A stretch of 24,000 nt of DNA from Thiomicrospira microaerophila (GCF_000934765.1 NZ_JYNN01000002.1:1-24000); one strand, 5' to 3'; positions 1 through 8,676 are shown, counted from the stretch's first letter. Notes: generated from the letters alone by a model not told the origin. A program made the numbers and translations.

Positions 1-2
1 CT

Positions 3-30
3 AGGAGCCTGTTTAGTCCAGCAGGCTCCT
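3..30 (-). terminator. hairpin just downstream of the SOD gene; possible terminator stem, but any T-run would lie outside the window
   Basis: Perfect 9-bp inverted repeat AGGAGCCTG (3-11) / CAGGCTCCT (22-30), about 16 nt past the stop of the minus-strand ORF. Confidence 0.35.
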
Positions 31-45
31 GGTTAGTCAGGTGTG

Positions 46-654
46 TTATTTATTAGTTTGATAGAGTTCGGCAACTTTGTTCCAGTCAACGATATCCCAC
101 CACGCGTTAATGTAGTCTGGGCGGCGGTTTTGGTAGCGTAAGTAATAAGCATGCTCCCAAACGTCAAGGCCAAGAATTGGTGAGCCTTTGATTTCAGCAA
201 TATCCATTAGAGGGTTGTCTTGATTCGGTGTTGAAGTAACCTGTAGTTTACCTTCGGTGTTGACAATTAGCCAAGCCCAGCCCGAGCCAAAGCGTGTCAA
301 ACCTGCTTGAGTGAATTGGGTTTTAAATGTTTCAAAATCGCCAAACGTTGATTTGATGTCATCGGCGAGTTCGCCTTGTGGTGCGCCCATGCTATCGGGC
401 GTCATTAGGTCCCAAAAAAAGCTGTGATTCCAATGGCCGCCGCCGTTGTTACGCACAGCAGGAGAGATGCTGCCCGCATTTTGAATCAGGTCAAGCAAGT
501 CTTTTCCTTCATTCTCTGTTCCAACGATCGCATTGTTTAAGTTGGTAATGTAGGTGTTGTGGTGCTTAGTATGGTGGATCTCCATCGTTTGTGCATCCAC
601 CGCGCTTTCAAGTGCATTGTAGTCATATTTCAATTCTGGAAGTATAAAACTCAT
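46..654 (-). CDS. sodA: superoxide dismutase, Mn/Fe family (Mn-type signatures)
   Basis: 202 aa. Contains [40 protein letters not shown] and [19 protein letters not shown], which resemble E. coli SodA as I recall it. Confidence 0.9.
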   Translation of the reverse strand: MSFILPELKYDYNALESAVDAQTMEIHHTKHHNTYITNLNNAIVGTENEGKDLLDLIQNAGSISPAVRNNGGGHWNHSFFWDLMTPDSMGAPQGELADDIKSTFGDFETFKTQFTQAGLTRFGSGWAWLIVNTEGKLQVTSTPNQDNPLMDIAEIKGSPILGLDVWEHAYYLRYQNRRPDYINAWWDIVDWNKVAELYQTNK

Positions 655-933
655 GTTTGTGTGTCCTTATGTTAAATGAATGAAGCTTTTTTATTTTAAT
701 GAATATTTGTTCATAAGTAAATCTTGACAGCTTTGGTCGGAAATTAAAATAAAAATGGATGGGTTATAAGGATTTCTGATGGCGAACTCTTGTTAGGAGT
801 TGGTGCGGTGTTTATCGAGGTTGTGGGTGCTTAAGGGGCTGGTTTTTGTTGGCCAATTGGTGTTTGTGAAATTAGTATGCATGTTTGGGTTAGGTTGTAA
901 ATTAGGTTTAAGTATAGTTGTTGTTATCAATAG

Positions 934-961
934 TTGACTTAATGTATTGATTAAATACTAT
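934..961 (+). promoter_or_regulatory. candidate sigma70-type promoter for the cbbL operon
   Basis: TTGACT (934-939), a 16-nt spacer, then TACTAT (956-961), about 95 nt upstream of the cbbL ATG. This is a pattern match only in an AT-rich spacer. Confidence 0.25.
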
Positions 962-1018
962 GGGTTGCATAAGTTATTTCAATTGGTAACAAGGTGGCGG
1001 CTTGAGTATGATGGCTCT

Positions 1019-1030
1019 TGAGTTCGTAAC
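1019..1030 (-). repeat. copy 1 (inverted orientation) of the 12-mer GTTACGAACTCA, in the cbbL leader
   Basis: The plus strand reads TGAGTTCGTAAC, 28 nt upstream of the cbbL start. It is the exact reverse complement of the 12-mers at 6655 and 7035. Confidence 0.7.
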
Positions 1031-1057
1031 AACCTTTAAATTAGAGGTATCATAAGT

Positions 1058-2470
1058 ATGGCAAATCAAACATTTAATGCCGGTGTACAGGATTACAAGT
1101 TAACCTATTGGACACCGGACTACACTCCACTTGACACAGACCTATTGGCTTGTTTTAAAGTTATTCCACAAGCTGGCGTACCTCGTGAAGAAGCCGCTGC
1201 GGCTGTTGCTGCAGAATCTTCAACGGGTACATGGACTACTGTTTGGACTGACTTGTTAACAGACATGGAGTTCTACAAAGGTCGTTGCTACAGAATTGAA
1301 GACGTACCTGGTAATAAAGACGCGTTTTATGCATTTATCGCTTACCCGCTTGACCTTTTCGAAGAAGGTTCTGTTGTTAACGTACTAACTTCATTAGTTG
1401 GTAACGTATTTGGTTTTAAAGCCGTTCGTTCTTTACGTCTTGAAGATATTCGCTTCCCTGTTGCTTACATTAAAACATGTGGTGGCCCGCCTGCTGGTAT
1501 CCAGGTTGAGCGTGATCGTTTAAATAAATACGGTCGTCCTATGCTAGGTTGTACTATCAAGCCTAAGCTAGGTTTGTCAGCTAAGAACTACGGTCGCGCT
1601 GTTTATGAGTGTTTACGTGGTGGTTTGGATTTAACCAAAGACGACGAAAACATCAACTCACAGCCTTTCCAGCGTTGGAGAGATCGTTTCTCATTTGTTG
1701 CGGATGCAATCAATAAAGCAGAAGCTGAAACGGGCGAAGTTAAAGGTCACTACCTAAACGTAACAGCGGCAACTTGTGAAGATATGATGGAGCGTGCTGA
1801 ATATGCTAAAGAGTTAGGTGTGCGTATTATTATGCATGACTTCCTAACTGGTGGTTTCTCAGCTAACACGTCATTGGCTAACTGGTGTCGTAAGAACGGT
1901 ATGTTGTTACACATTCACCGTGCAATGCACGCTGTAATTGACCGTAACCCTAACCATGGTATCCATTTCCGCGTACTAGCTAAGTGTCTACGTTTGTCAG
2001 GTGGTGATCACTTGCACACAGGTACTGTTGTAGGTAAGTTGGAAGGTGATCGTGCGTCTACTTTAGGTTTCGTTGATCAATTACGTGAAGCGTTCGTTCC
2101 AGAAGATCGTTCACGCGGTATCTTCTTTGACCAAGATTGGGGTTCAATGCCTGGTGTATTCGCCGTAGCTTCTGGTGGTATCCATGTATGGCACATGCCA
2201 GCGTTGGTTAACATCTTTGGTGATGACTCAGTGCTTCAGTTCGGTGGTGGTACGCAAGGTCACCCAGGTGGTAACGCAGCGGGTGCCGCAGCTAACCGTG
2301 TAGCCTTGGAAGCCTGTGTTAAAGCACGTAACGAAGGTCGTGAACTTGAGCGTGAAGGTGGAGACATTCTTCGTGATGCAGCGCGTCATAGCCCAGAGCT
2401 TGCAGTTGCACTAGAAACTTGGAAAGAAATTAAGTTTGAATTCGACACTGTCGATAAACTTGACGCTTAA
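1058..2470 (+). CDS. cbbL: RuBisCO form I (IA-like) large subunit
   Basis: 470 aa with hallmark motifs [25 protein letters not shown] and [18 protein letters not shown]-like AGAGG upstream; followed by cbbS and cso genes. Confidence 0.97.
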   Translation: MANQTFNAGVQDYKLTYWTPDYTPLDTDLLACFKVIPQAGVPREEAAAAVAAESSTGTWTTVWTDLLTDMEFYKGRCYRIEDVPGNKDAFYAFIAYPLDLFEEGSVVNVLTSLVGNVFGFKAVRSLRLEDIRFPVAYIKTCGGPPAGIQVERDRLNKYGRPMLGCTIKPKLGLSAKNYGRAVYECLRGGLDLTKDDENINSQPFQRWRDRFSFVADAINKAEAETGEVKGHYLNVTAATCEDMMERAEYAKELGVRIIMHDFLTGGFSANTSLANWCRKNGMLLHIHRAMHAVIDRNPNHGIHFRVLAKCLRLSGGDHLHTGTVVGKLEGDRASTLGFVDQLREAFVPEDRSRGIFFDQDWGSMPGVFAVASGGIHVWHMPALVNIFGDDSVLQFGGGTQGHPGGNAAGAAANRVALEACVKARNEGRELEREGGDILRDAARHSPELAVALETWKEIKFEFDTVDKLDA

Positions 2471-2504
2471 TTTTCACCAATATTATTAGATTAAGGAGAA
2501 TTCT

Positions 2505-2849
2505 ATGTCAGTAATGGCTTCAGGTGATTTCCGCACAAAGCGCACCTATGAAACTTTTTCGTTCTTGCCACCTTTAACTCAAGACGAAATTTACGCACAA
2601 ATCGTTTACATGATTAACCAGGGTTGGGCACCTTCACTTGAGCATGATACACCTGAAAATGGTGGTGCTTACTACTGGGGTATGTGGAAGCTACCTTTCT
2701 TCGGTATGCGTGATCCTAACCTGGTTCTTGCTGAGCTTGAAGAGTGTAAACGTGCTTATCCTGATCATATGATCCGTATCGTTGGTTATGACAACTATAC
2801 TCAGTGCAAAGGTCACGAGTTTGTTGTTTACCGTCCACGTGGTCTGTAA
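2505..2849 (+). CDS. cbbS: RuBisCO small subunit
   Basis: 114 aa with [21 protein letters not shown] and [20 protein letters not shown]; lies immediately after cbbL. Confidence 0.95.
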   Translation: MSVMASGDFRTKRTYETFSFLPPLTQDEIYAQIVYMINQGWAPSLEHDTPENGGAYYWGMWKLPFFGMRDPNLVLAELEECKRAYPDHMIRIVGYDNYTQCKGHEFVVYRPRGL

Positions 2850-2879
2850 TTAGAAAGGCCAACTCTTAGGAGGCTATGC

Positions 2880-5066
2880 ATGAGTGATAATACTCAAGCC
2901 TTGTCGGGTCGTGCATTATCTCGCGCGAGAAGACAAGCATTAACAAAGGGCAAAGGCGCAAAGATTGATTATGCTGCTCTTGCTCAGAGTACCTCTGCAC
3001 CTGTAAAGAGTTCGGCGCCTGCGCGGAGTGAACCTTCGTTCGCTCCGTCTAGTCCCGCAAGATCATTTGATGTCAATCCGCAGCAGGCTATTTTGTCTGC
3101 CGGTAGAAAGGCATCGATTGAGCGTCGAAAACAACAGGTAAAAGGTAATTCACGTAACAATACCCAGCCGACTCGTCAGCCTAGAAAGCCGATTGAGCCA
3201 GTTATTGAGACGACGCCTACTCAAGCCGTCGCTAACGTTGAGCGCAGTTTTGTTCCGCCTATGAGTGCGAATACAAGCCGTGCAAAAGTTAATCCTGTAA
3301 AGTCTAGTGCAACCAATCAACCTAAAGGGCGATTAATTGCGCGTTCATACAGAAAAGCGGCTTGTGAAGGTAAAGCTAAATTGCAAGCGAAAATGAGTCA
3401 AAACAGTGCATTAACTTGCATTGCAACCTCAATGGATCCAGATGCAAGCTGTCGTGATATTGCACGCCAAATTCGTGAGCAACGTGCTACACAAGGTAAG
3501 GTTAAAGCTACTTCTTCTGCGCGCCCGACAGGTCGCATGTCAAAAAAGCCCGAGAGCAACTCACCTAGTAAGGTTGGGTTTGCGATGACGTCTCACGAAC
3601 AAGAAGTAAGTGGTACTGTTTTAGCAACTACACAAAAAATGACAGGCTCGGAAGCGGGTTCATGTCGTGTAATTTCTGGAACAGAATATACCGGTCCTGA
3701 TGAATATCAAGCAAAATGTAGTTTTAAACCTGATCCATCTATACGGAAGGTTGCGATGACCTCGACTATTTCTGGCAGAACAGTGAGTGGTACTGAAGTC
3801 GGTTTATCTGAATCAGTTACGGGTACTGAGCCAGGGCAGTGTCGTCATGTAACCGGCACCGAATATATGCCTGCTGATCAAGGTGAAATTTTTTGCGGTA
3901 CAAGAGCGCCAGCGGGTGTATCTAAAGTCAGTCAATCACGCACAGCGAAGAACCAAGTGATCTCTGGTCCCTCAATGAATAAACGTGAAGACATGACAGG
4001 TATGGACGCAGGGGAGCAGCGTCATATCACGGGTAGTCAGTATGTGTTTAATAATTCACCTATTGTCAACAAGCAAACACGTGAAATGCGCAGTTCTATT
4101 ATGTCGGCACCAAGTAAGGGTGATTCAAACTCTACGGGTGCGGGTAATAATGTTTCAGGTACTAATGTAAATTTTAATGCGCCTGTTACAGGCGATGATG
4201 CTGGTTTTTGCCAAAGTTTAACTGGCGGTGAATATCAATCACAGCAAATTCGTCAAGAACGTTGCGGTGACTCACTGACGGCGGCAGTTAAGAAAAGCAT
4301 CGAATCACAAACTTTCAACGGTCAAAAAATCACCGGCGATCGTGCAGGGCTTGGTGGTAAAATCACTGGAGCAAATGCGGGTTTGTGTAAGAGTGTAACA
4401 GGCTCGTCTTATTTAAGTTTTGATGCTACGGAAGGTTGTGCTGTTAACAAGACAGCCCTTAAGCCTGATGCACAAGCAAAATCAACGCAATCCAATGTAG
4501 GTCGTCCAATGACCGGCATTCAGCCAGGTCCTTTAGGTTTAACAGGCGCTCAAAAAGGCGTGTGTCAACCCGTGAGTGGTACGGCTTATGTGGGTTCAGA
4601 TCATGCTTCTGCGTTATGTCAGGTAGGTGCGCCAGCCAGCATGGGCGATTCAGATTTTCCAGTAATGATGAATCAGCAAATGCCGATGATGGCTTTAAGC
4701 ATGCCAATGCATAATTATGGTTATGTACCCCCTTTGCAACAGCCCGAAAATATTTTGGTAGGTTCTGAGGAGTTAAGTGAAGCGGACAAGGTAGTCTCTA
4801 AAATAACCGGAGATGGTTCAGATAGTGGGCATTCCATTACTGGCGATTCTTGGGGTAGAGACGCGAAGGTCAGTGGAACAGGGGGACGTTCGGCTCAAAA
4901 ACGTAATGTTTCGATTCCTGGTAACCGTTCAGTAATGAATGCAGGCGCGAGCAGTTTTCGACCTAATGAGAACCCAAAAGTAGCAGAAATTAGTCCGATA
5001 ACCGGTTCCTCTGGTAACACTAGAAATGGTGCATCAGTAACGGTATCTGGCGGTGCTAGAGCTTAA
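2880..5066 (+). CDS. csoS2: carboxysome assembly scaffold protein CsoS2
   Basis: 728 aa, low complexity. Four basic N-terminal repeats of the RuBisCO-binding type (for example GRALSRARRQALTKGKG). Many Cys-containing [VI][ST]G repeats (VSGTE, VTGTE, ITGSQ). Ends ...VTVSGGARA. TAGGAGG RBS; canonical position after cbbS. Confidence 0.93.
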   Translation: MSDNTQALSGRALSRARRQALTKGKGAKIDYAALAQSTSAPVKSSAPARSEPSFAPSSPARSFDVNPQQAILSAGRKASIERRKQQVKGNSRNNTQPTRQPRKPIEPVIETTPTQAVANVERSFVPPMSANTSRAKVNPVKSSATNQPKGRLIARSYRKAACEGKAKLQAKMSQNSALTCIATSMDPDASCRDIARQIREQRATQGKVKATSSARPTGRMSKKPESNSPSKVGFAMTSHEQEVSGTVLATTQKMTGSEAGSCRVISGTEYTGPDEYQAKCSFKPDPSIRKVAMTSTISGRTVSGTEVGLSESVTGTEPGQCRHVTGTEYMPADQGEIFCGTRAPAGVSKVSQSRTAKNQVISGPSMNKREDMTGMDAGEQRHITGSQYVFNNSPIVNKQTREMRSSIMSAPSKGDSNSTGAGNNVSGTNVNFNAPVTGDDAGFCQSLTGGEYQSQQIRQERCGDSLTAAVKKSIESQTFNGQKITGDRAGLGGKITGANAGLCKSVTGSSYLSFDATEGCAVNKTALKPDAQAKSTQSNVGRPMTGIQPGPLGLTGAQKGVCQPVSGTAYVGSDHASALCQVGAPASMGDSDFPVMMNQQMPMMALSMPMHNYGYVPPLQQPENILVGSEELSEADKVVSKITGDGSDSGHSITGDSWGRDAKVSGTGGRSAQKRNVSIPGNRSVMNAGASSFRPNENPKVAEISPITGSSGNTRNGASVTVSGGARA

Positions 5067-5092
5067 TAGGCAAGATTGTTAAGTAGGTTTTT

Positions 5093-6037
5093 ATGAAGCT
5101 TAGAGCACCTTCGGGAAGAGTTATAACGAATAAGTTTATAAAGTCTAAGCTTCAAAAAAGACAAGAAAAGTTAAGCTATTCATCCAGTTTTACAAGCCCG
5201 CTTGTTTTGAGTGACTTGATTTGGGTGAATAGTCATCTTATAAATGCAGCACTGTTTTTGAAGTTTAAGACTGTGCAGGGAAAAACATCAGATTGTGTGA
5301 TTAAACAGCTTATTACGTTACTTAATCAAACGCAGTATGATGAGTTTTTTATTGAAAATGCTAAATCCAAAGTTTTTCGTTCTACGGGTATAAAAGTGCC
5401 CTCAGACGATTTAAGAGGTGCATGGTTTAGATCTGTTAACTTATGCTCTTTGCAGGCAAAGCTAGTTTTTATCAGCCAGTTAGCCTTTTTAATAGAAAAC
5501 TCTGTGGATTCAGAACAAACAATGAATCAAGATGGTCTACTTTATTCATTTAGTGGTAAACATTGGCAAGCTAAAGGCTTGTTACCTTCTGGTTTTCAGG
5601 AGGGGCGTGCCGTTTTAATTGAGATTGTTTTGAGTGTATTTAGCCAAGTAGATAGCTTGATAAAACAAAAAAAGCCAGTAGATATTAAAGTGTCGAGCGG
5701 TAAAGATGTGATATGGATTTCGCTAAACGAACGAGCCGATAAAAAGCTACAGGGGAGGCAACATTCTTCCGATGGCTTGTGTATGATGTTAAGTTCATGT
5801 CGGAGTGAACACCTGGTCGAATTGTCACTGGGCGAGCAATCCATAGTCGTTGACCTGGGTTTGCTTACTAGGTTGTTTGTCGATTTTCCTGATGATAACC
5901 AGTTATTATTGACTCAAGGATTTGTACAAAAAATGTTAGCGAATTTGGCTTTGGTGTTAAGTTACGATCAGCGTAGATTCATATTTATGTTCGTTCATCT
6001 TTTAGCTTTGAGTATTTTAATTAATCGCAAGAATTAA
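5093..6037 (+). CDS. hypothetical 314-aa protein in the position normally held by the carboxysomal carbonic anhydrase csoSCA
   Basis: Intact ORF packed tightly between csoS2 (26-nt gap) and csoS4A (35-nt gap). Visibly more AT-rich than its neighbours. I see no zinc-ligand or C-x-D-x-R beta-CA motif and recognise no family. About 200 aa shorter than the roughly 510-aa CsoSCA. Confidence 0.6.
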   Translation: MKLRAPSGRVITNKFIKSKLQKRQEKLSYSSSFTSPLVLSDLIWVNSHLINAALFLKFKTVQGKTSDCVIKQLITLLNQTQYDEFFIENAKSKVFRSTGIKVPSDDLRGAWFRSVNLCSLQAKLVFISQLAFLIENSVDSEQTMNQDGLLYSFSGKHWQAKGLLPSGFQEGRAVLIEIVLSVFSQVDSLIKQKKPVDIKVSSGKDVIWISLNERADKKLQGRQHSSDGLCMMLSSCRSEHLVELSLGEQSIVVDLGLLTRLFVDFPDDNQLLLTQGFVQKMLANLALVLSYDQRRFIFMFVHLLALSILINRKN

Positions 6038-6072
6038 CATTCTAGCTGTTGCTTTAAGGAAAGAGTTTAGTT

Positions 6073-6324
6073 ATGAAAATAATGTTGGTTGATAAAGCCA
6101 TAGTGTCAACAAATCGTATTCCAACGATGGACCATAAACCATTGTTAGTCGTTCGGGATAAGCCGGGCAGTACCCCAATGGTCGCGGTTGATGCGGTCGG
6201 TTGTAAGCCGGGAGATTGGGTTTTGTGCGTAGGCTCATCCGCCGCAAGGGACGCAACAGGTACTAAGGCTTATCCGAGTGATCTAACAATTGTTGGAATT
6301 GTTGATTATTGGGAGACCGAATAG
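6073..6324 (+). CDS. csoS4A: carboxysome pentameric vertex protein CsoS4A
   Basis: 83 aa: MKIMLVDKAIVSTNRI...AVDAVGCKPGDWVLCVGSSAARDA...DLTIVGIVD. EutN/CcmL-like fold motifs in the canonical position. Confidence 0.9.
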   Translation: MKIMLVDKAIVSTNRIPTMDHKPLLVVRDKPGSTPMVAVDAVGCKPGDWVLCVGSSAARDATGTKAYPSDLTIVGIVDYWETE

Positions 6325-6572
6325 TGGAGATTCATCAGGTAACGGGTAACTTAATTTTAACAAGTCGGCTTGATAACTTAGGTCACTTACCTGTAAAAGT
6401 TTTAAAAAGTGTATCCGGTAGTCGATTGGCTGCGGTCGATCCTATCGGATGCAAAGTTGGCGAGTGGGTATTTACCATCGCCAACTCTGCGGCTCGCACA
6501 GCTTCCGGTGATGAGAGAACCTTAACAGATTTGACCATCAGCGGAATAATCGATAACTGGGTAATGGATTAA
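6324..6572 (+). CDS. csoS4B: carboxysome pentameric vertex protein CsoS4B
   Basis: Paralogous EutN/CcmL-like sequence (AVDPIGCKVGEWVFTIANSAART...DLTISGIID). I prefer the GTG start at 6324, which overlaps the csoS4A stop as TAGTG. The ORF track's TTG at 6309 is the alternative. Confidence 0.85.
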   Translation: MEIHQVTGNLILTSRLDNLGHLPVKVLKSVSGSRLAAVDPIGCKVGEWVFTIANSAARTASGDERTLTDLTISGIIDNWVMD

Positions 6573-6654
6573 CTTGGTTTTTTTGATGTGTTTGATTTTT
6601 AATCATTCACACATTGCAGGACGTAAATAACGTTGTTATTTAACTTTTTTAACA

Positions 6655-6666
6655 GTTACGAACTCA
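6655..6666 (+). repeat. copy 2 of the 12-mer GTTACGAACTCA, in the leader of the first csoS1 gene
   Basis: Exact 12-mer, 44 nt upstream of the csoS1 ATG at 6710. Confidence 0.7.
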
Positions 6667-6709
6667 CTTTTTAATGTAATTTGTTAAATTAATCTTTTAG
6701 GAGAAAATT

Positions 6710-7009
6710 ATGTCAACTGAATATGGTATTGCTTTAGGTATGATTGAAACGCGTGGTTTGGTTCCGGCTATTGAAGCGGCGGACGCTATGACTAAAGCAG
6801 CTGAAGTACGTTTAGTATCTCGTGACTTCGTTGGTGGTGGTTATGTAACTGTGATGGTTCGTGGCGAAACAGGTGCGGTAAACGCAGCGGTTCGTGCGGG
6901 TGCGGATGCGTGTGAGCGTGTAGGTGATGGTCTTGTTGCTGCGCATATTATTGCACGCCCTCACAAAGAAGTTGAACCGGTTCTTAACGGTAACCTAGTT
7001 CAAGCTTAA
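6710..7009 (+). CDS. csoS1: carboxysome major shell protein CsoS1 (BMC-H hexamer)
   Basis: 99 aa: GIALGMIETRGLVPAIEAADAMTKAAEV...GDGLVAAHIIARPH, a classic BMC domain. AGGAG RBS. Confidence 0.95.
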   Translation: MSTEYGIALGMIETRGLVPAIEAADAMTKAAEVRLVSRDFVGGGYVTVMVRGETGAVNAAVRAGADACERVGDGLVAAHIIARPHKEVEPVLNGNLVQA

Positions 7010-7034
7010 TTTTAGCAATTTTGATTTTAACTCT

Positions 7035-7046
7035 GTTACGAACTCA
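7035..7046 (+). repeat. copy 3 of the 12-mer GTTACGAACTCA, in the leader of the second csoS1 gene
   Basis: Exact 12-mer, 39 nt upstream of the csoS1 ATG at 7085. The match to the reverse complement of the cbbL-leader copy extends to 14 nt (7034-7047 versus 1018-1031). Confidence 0.7.
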
Positions 7047-7084
7047 AACATTACAGCGTTTACTATCAATATGGAGATTTTAGA

Positions 7085-7393
7085 ATGGGACAAGAATACG
7101 GTATCGCGTTAGGCATGATTGAAACACGCGGTCTAGTACCCGCTATTGAAGCTGCTGACGCAATGACTAAGGCGGCTGAAGTTCGCTTAATTACGCGTGA
7201 GTTTGTGGGTGGTGGTTATGTGACCATTATGGTTCGTGGTGAGACGGGTGCGGTTAACGCAGCCGTTCGTGCCGGTGCAGATGCGTGTGAGCGCGTTGGT
7301 GACGGTCTAGTTGCTGCACATATTATTGCTCGCCCTCACAAAGAAGTTGAGCCGGTTCTAGTTGCAGGCATTAGCCCAGCTACCCGTCTATAA
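7085..7393 (+). CDS. csoS1: carboxysome major shell protein CsoS1 paralog (BMC-H)
   Basis: 102 aa, nearly identical in protein to 6710-7009 except for the termini. Many synonymous DNA differences indicate an old duplicate. Confidence 0.95.
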   Translation: MGQEYGIALGMIETRGLVPAIEAADAMTKAAEVRLITREFVGGGYVTIMVRGETGAVNAAVRAGADACERVGDGLVAAHIIARPHKEVEPVLVAGISPATRL

Positions 7394-7436
7394 TGTGATT
7401 GAACCTAGATGTATTTTCTAGGTTTAAGGAGTAGTT

Positions 7437-7988
7437 ATGACTTATCAGAAACAAGCTAGAGCTAGTGTGATGGCCGGAGTAGGTCAGTATGCTAGACCAG
7501 AGATGCGTTCAATGGGGACAATGAATCCTCAAGTTCTTGGCTTTCTCGGGCGTGCGATGAGTCTTGAGTTTAGTGCTGCTCAGCAATATCTTGCTCATGC
7601 TGCGCTTTGTCAGAAGCGTACTGAAATGGATTTTGCAGAACAGTTTGTACAGCTTGCAAATGAAGAGTTCCGCCATGCCTCTGAATTAACAGAGCGTATG
7701 GTCGATCATGGGGCCTTGCCGTCAGGTTCAATTCTGAGTCCGGCAAAACCGGCTTTTAATATTATTGAAGCCTTATCAATTTGTGAACTCAATGAGTTGC
7801 AGTTGATTAATCTTTATGAGCAGGCTTATGGATTAAGCTCAAATCTTGGTATGGTTGCTGATGCGGAATTATTCGGTCGCTTATATGAAGAAGAAGTAGC
7901 ACAATTAAACCGTATTCGTCATTGGTCAGCTGATTATGTGGCCAGAATGCATGCGCCTCAGCCTATGACCAAAGGTTTTGCAGTATGA
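7437..7988 (+). CDS. bacterioferritin/ferritin-like protein commonly found in alpha-carboxysome loci
   Basis: 183 aa with ferritin-like helices (LEFSAAQQYLAHAA, EEFRHASELTERM). AAGGAG RBS. Its position after csoS1 matches other proteobacterial cso loci. Confidence 0.75.
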   Translation: MTYQKQARASVMAGVGQYARPEMRSMGTMNPQVLGFLGRAMSLEFSAAQQYLAHAALCQKRTEMDFAEQFVQLANEEFRHASELTERMVDHGALPSGSILSPAKPAFNIIEALSICELNELQLINLYEQAYGLSSNLGMVADAELFGRLYEEEVAQLNRIRHWSADYVARMHAPQPMTKGFAV

Positions 7989-8233
7989 GTAGCTGGAAAT
8001 TATCGAGAAACGGCTTAAGTTTGGAAGTGAAATATGTGTTTGATGGTTATAGTTCGTTAAGAGACTTTTTAGATGAGGTCGCTAATGTAACAGAGTCATT
8101 AAACATTCACCCAAACATGAGTTTTGGTCGAGATTATGCCAGTCTTATCATTTATGCAGCCGGTGAAGGCTTATCTGATGCTGAAAAAGCACTTGCTGAA
8201 AAAATTGATTTAATTTATCAACAATTTAAGTAG
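7985..8233 (+). CDS. pterin-4a-carbinolamine dehydratase-like protein (alpha-carboxysome RuBisCO assembly factor, acRAF type)
   Basis: 82 aa. ATGA start/stop overlap with the upstream gene. PCD-like core (...SLNIHPNMSFGRDYASLII...). Canonical position at the end of cso operons. Confidence 0.7.
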   Translation: MSSWKLSRNGLSLEVKYVFDGYSSLRDFLDEVANVTESLNIHPNMSFGRDYASLIIYAAGEGLSDAEKALAEKIDLIYQQFK

Positions 8234-8248
8234 TGTTTATTGGTATTT

Positions 8249-8276
8249 AAAAGGCTGGCTTGTCCAGCCTTTTTTA
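8249..8276 (+). terminator. rho-independent terminator ending the cso operon
   Basis: AAAAGGCTGG (8249-8258), loop CTTGT, CCAGCCTTTT (8264-8273), followed by more T residues. Confidence 0.8.
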
Positions 8277-8676
8277 TGAACAACGCTTTTTTATGAATTT
8301 GATGAGAACCTGGTTTGGTGCTTAAAAAGAATGCCAAATCAGCTTTATAAGAAACACTTATTGGTAACACCAAATTAAATGTTTTTAGCCCGACGGCATC
8401 GGGTGTTAGCCTGTGGAGCAAAATCGTTGGATTTCGTTGTGAAGCAGGAACCGGTTTTAATTGAAAGGCATGCCGCTATAAAGTTGAAACGCTCGGATAC
8501 AAAGCGTATTTGAGAAATCCTGTCTTTTTTGGGGGGAGGGTGCCAATGAATTGCAATCAAACTAAGCTAAAAGCTTAATGGATTCACCTAGGTGCTAAAG
8601 GATGTTTTTAGCAGTTAAAACCCATACAGTGACTTTACGAAGCTGTTGATTTTGATAAATTATTGGGAATCTTTTT

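Noticed and set aside
4459-4707. 82-aa minus-strand ORF inside csoS2; similar antisense ORFs at 5596-5844, 6071-6256, 9429-9704, 10548-10925, 12547-12738, 19357-19668, 21147-21624 and 21788-22264
   Set aside because: All lie entirely inside, and antisense to or out of frame with, well-supported genes. None has a recognisable motif or RBS. They are typical shadow ORFs.
6624-6650. Hairpin TAAATAAC-GTT-GTTATTTA followed by TTTTTT between csoS4B and csoS1, a possible intra-operon terminator
   Set aside because: The stem is almost entirely A-T with a 3-nt loop, so it would be very weak. Termination just before the most highly needed shell genes also makes little biological sense. I regard it as AT-rich spacer noise or at most a minor attenuator.
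8218-8560. Two small minus-strand ORFs (67 and 61 aa) in the spacer between the cso operon and the SulP gene
   Set aside because: They have no RBS and odd composition, and one runs through the cso terminator hairpin. The region is more plausibly the promoter and leader of the transporter genes. I found no convincing RNA structure there either.
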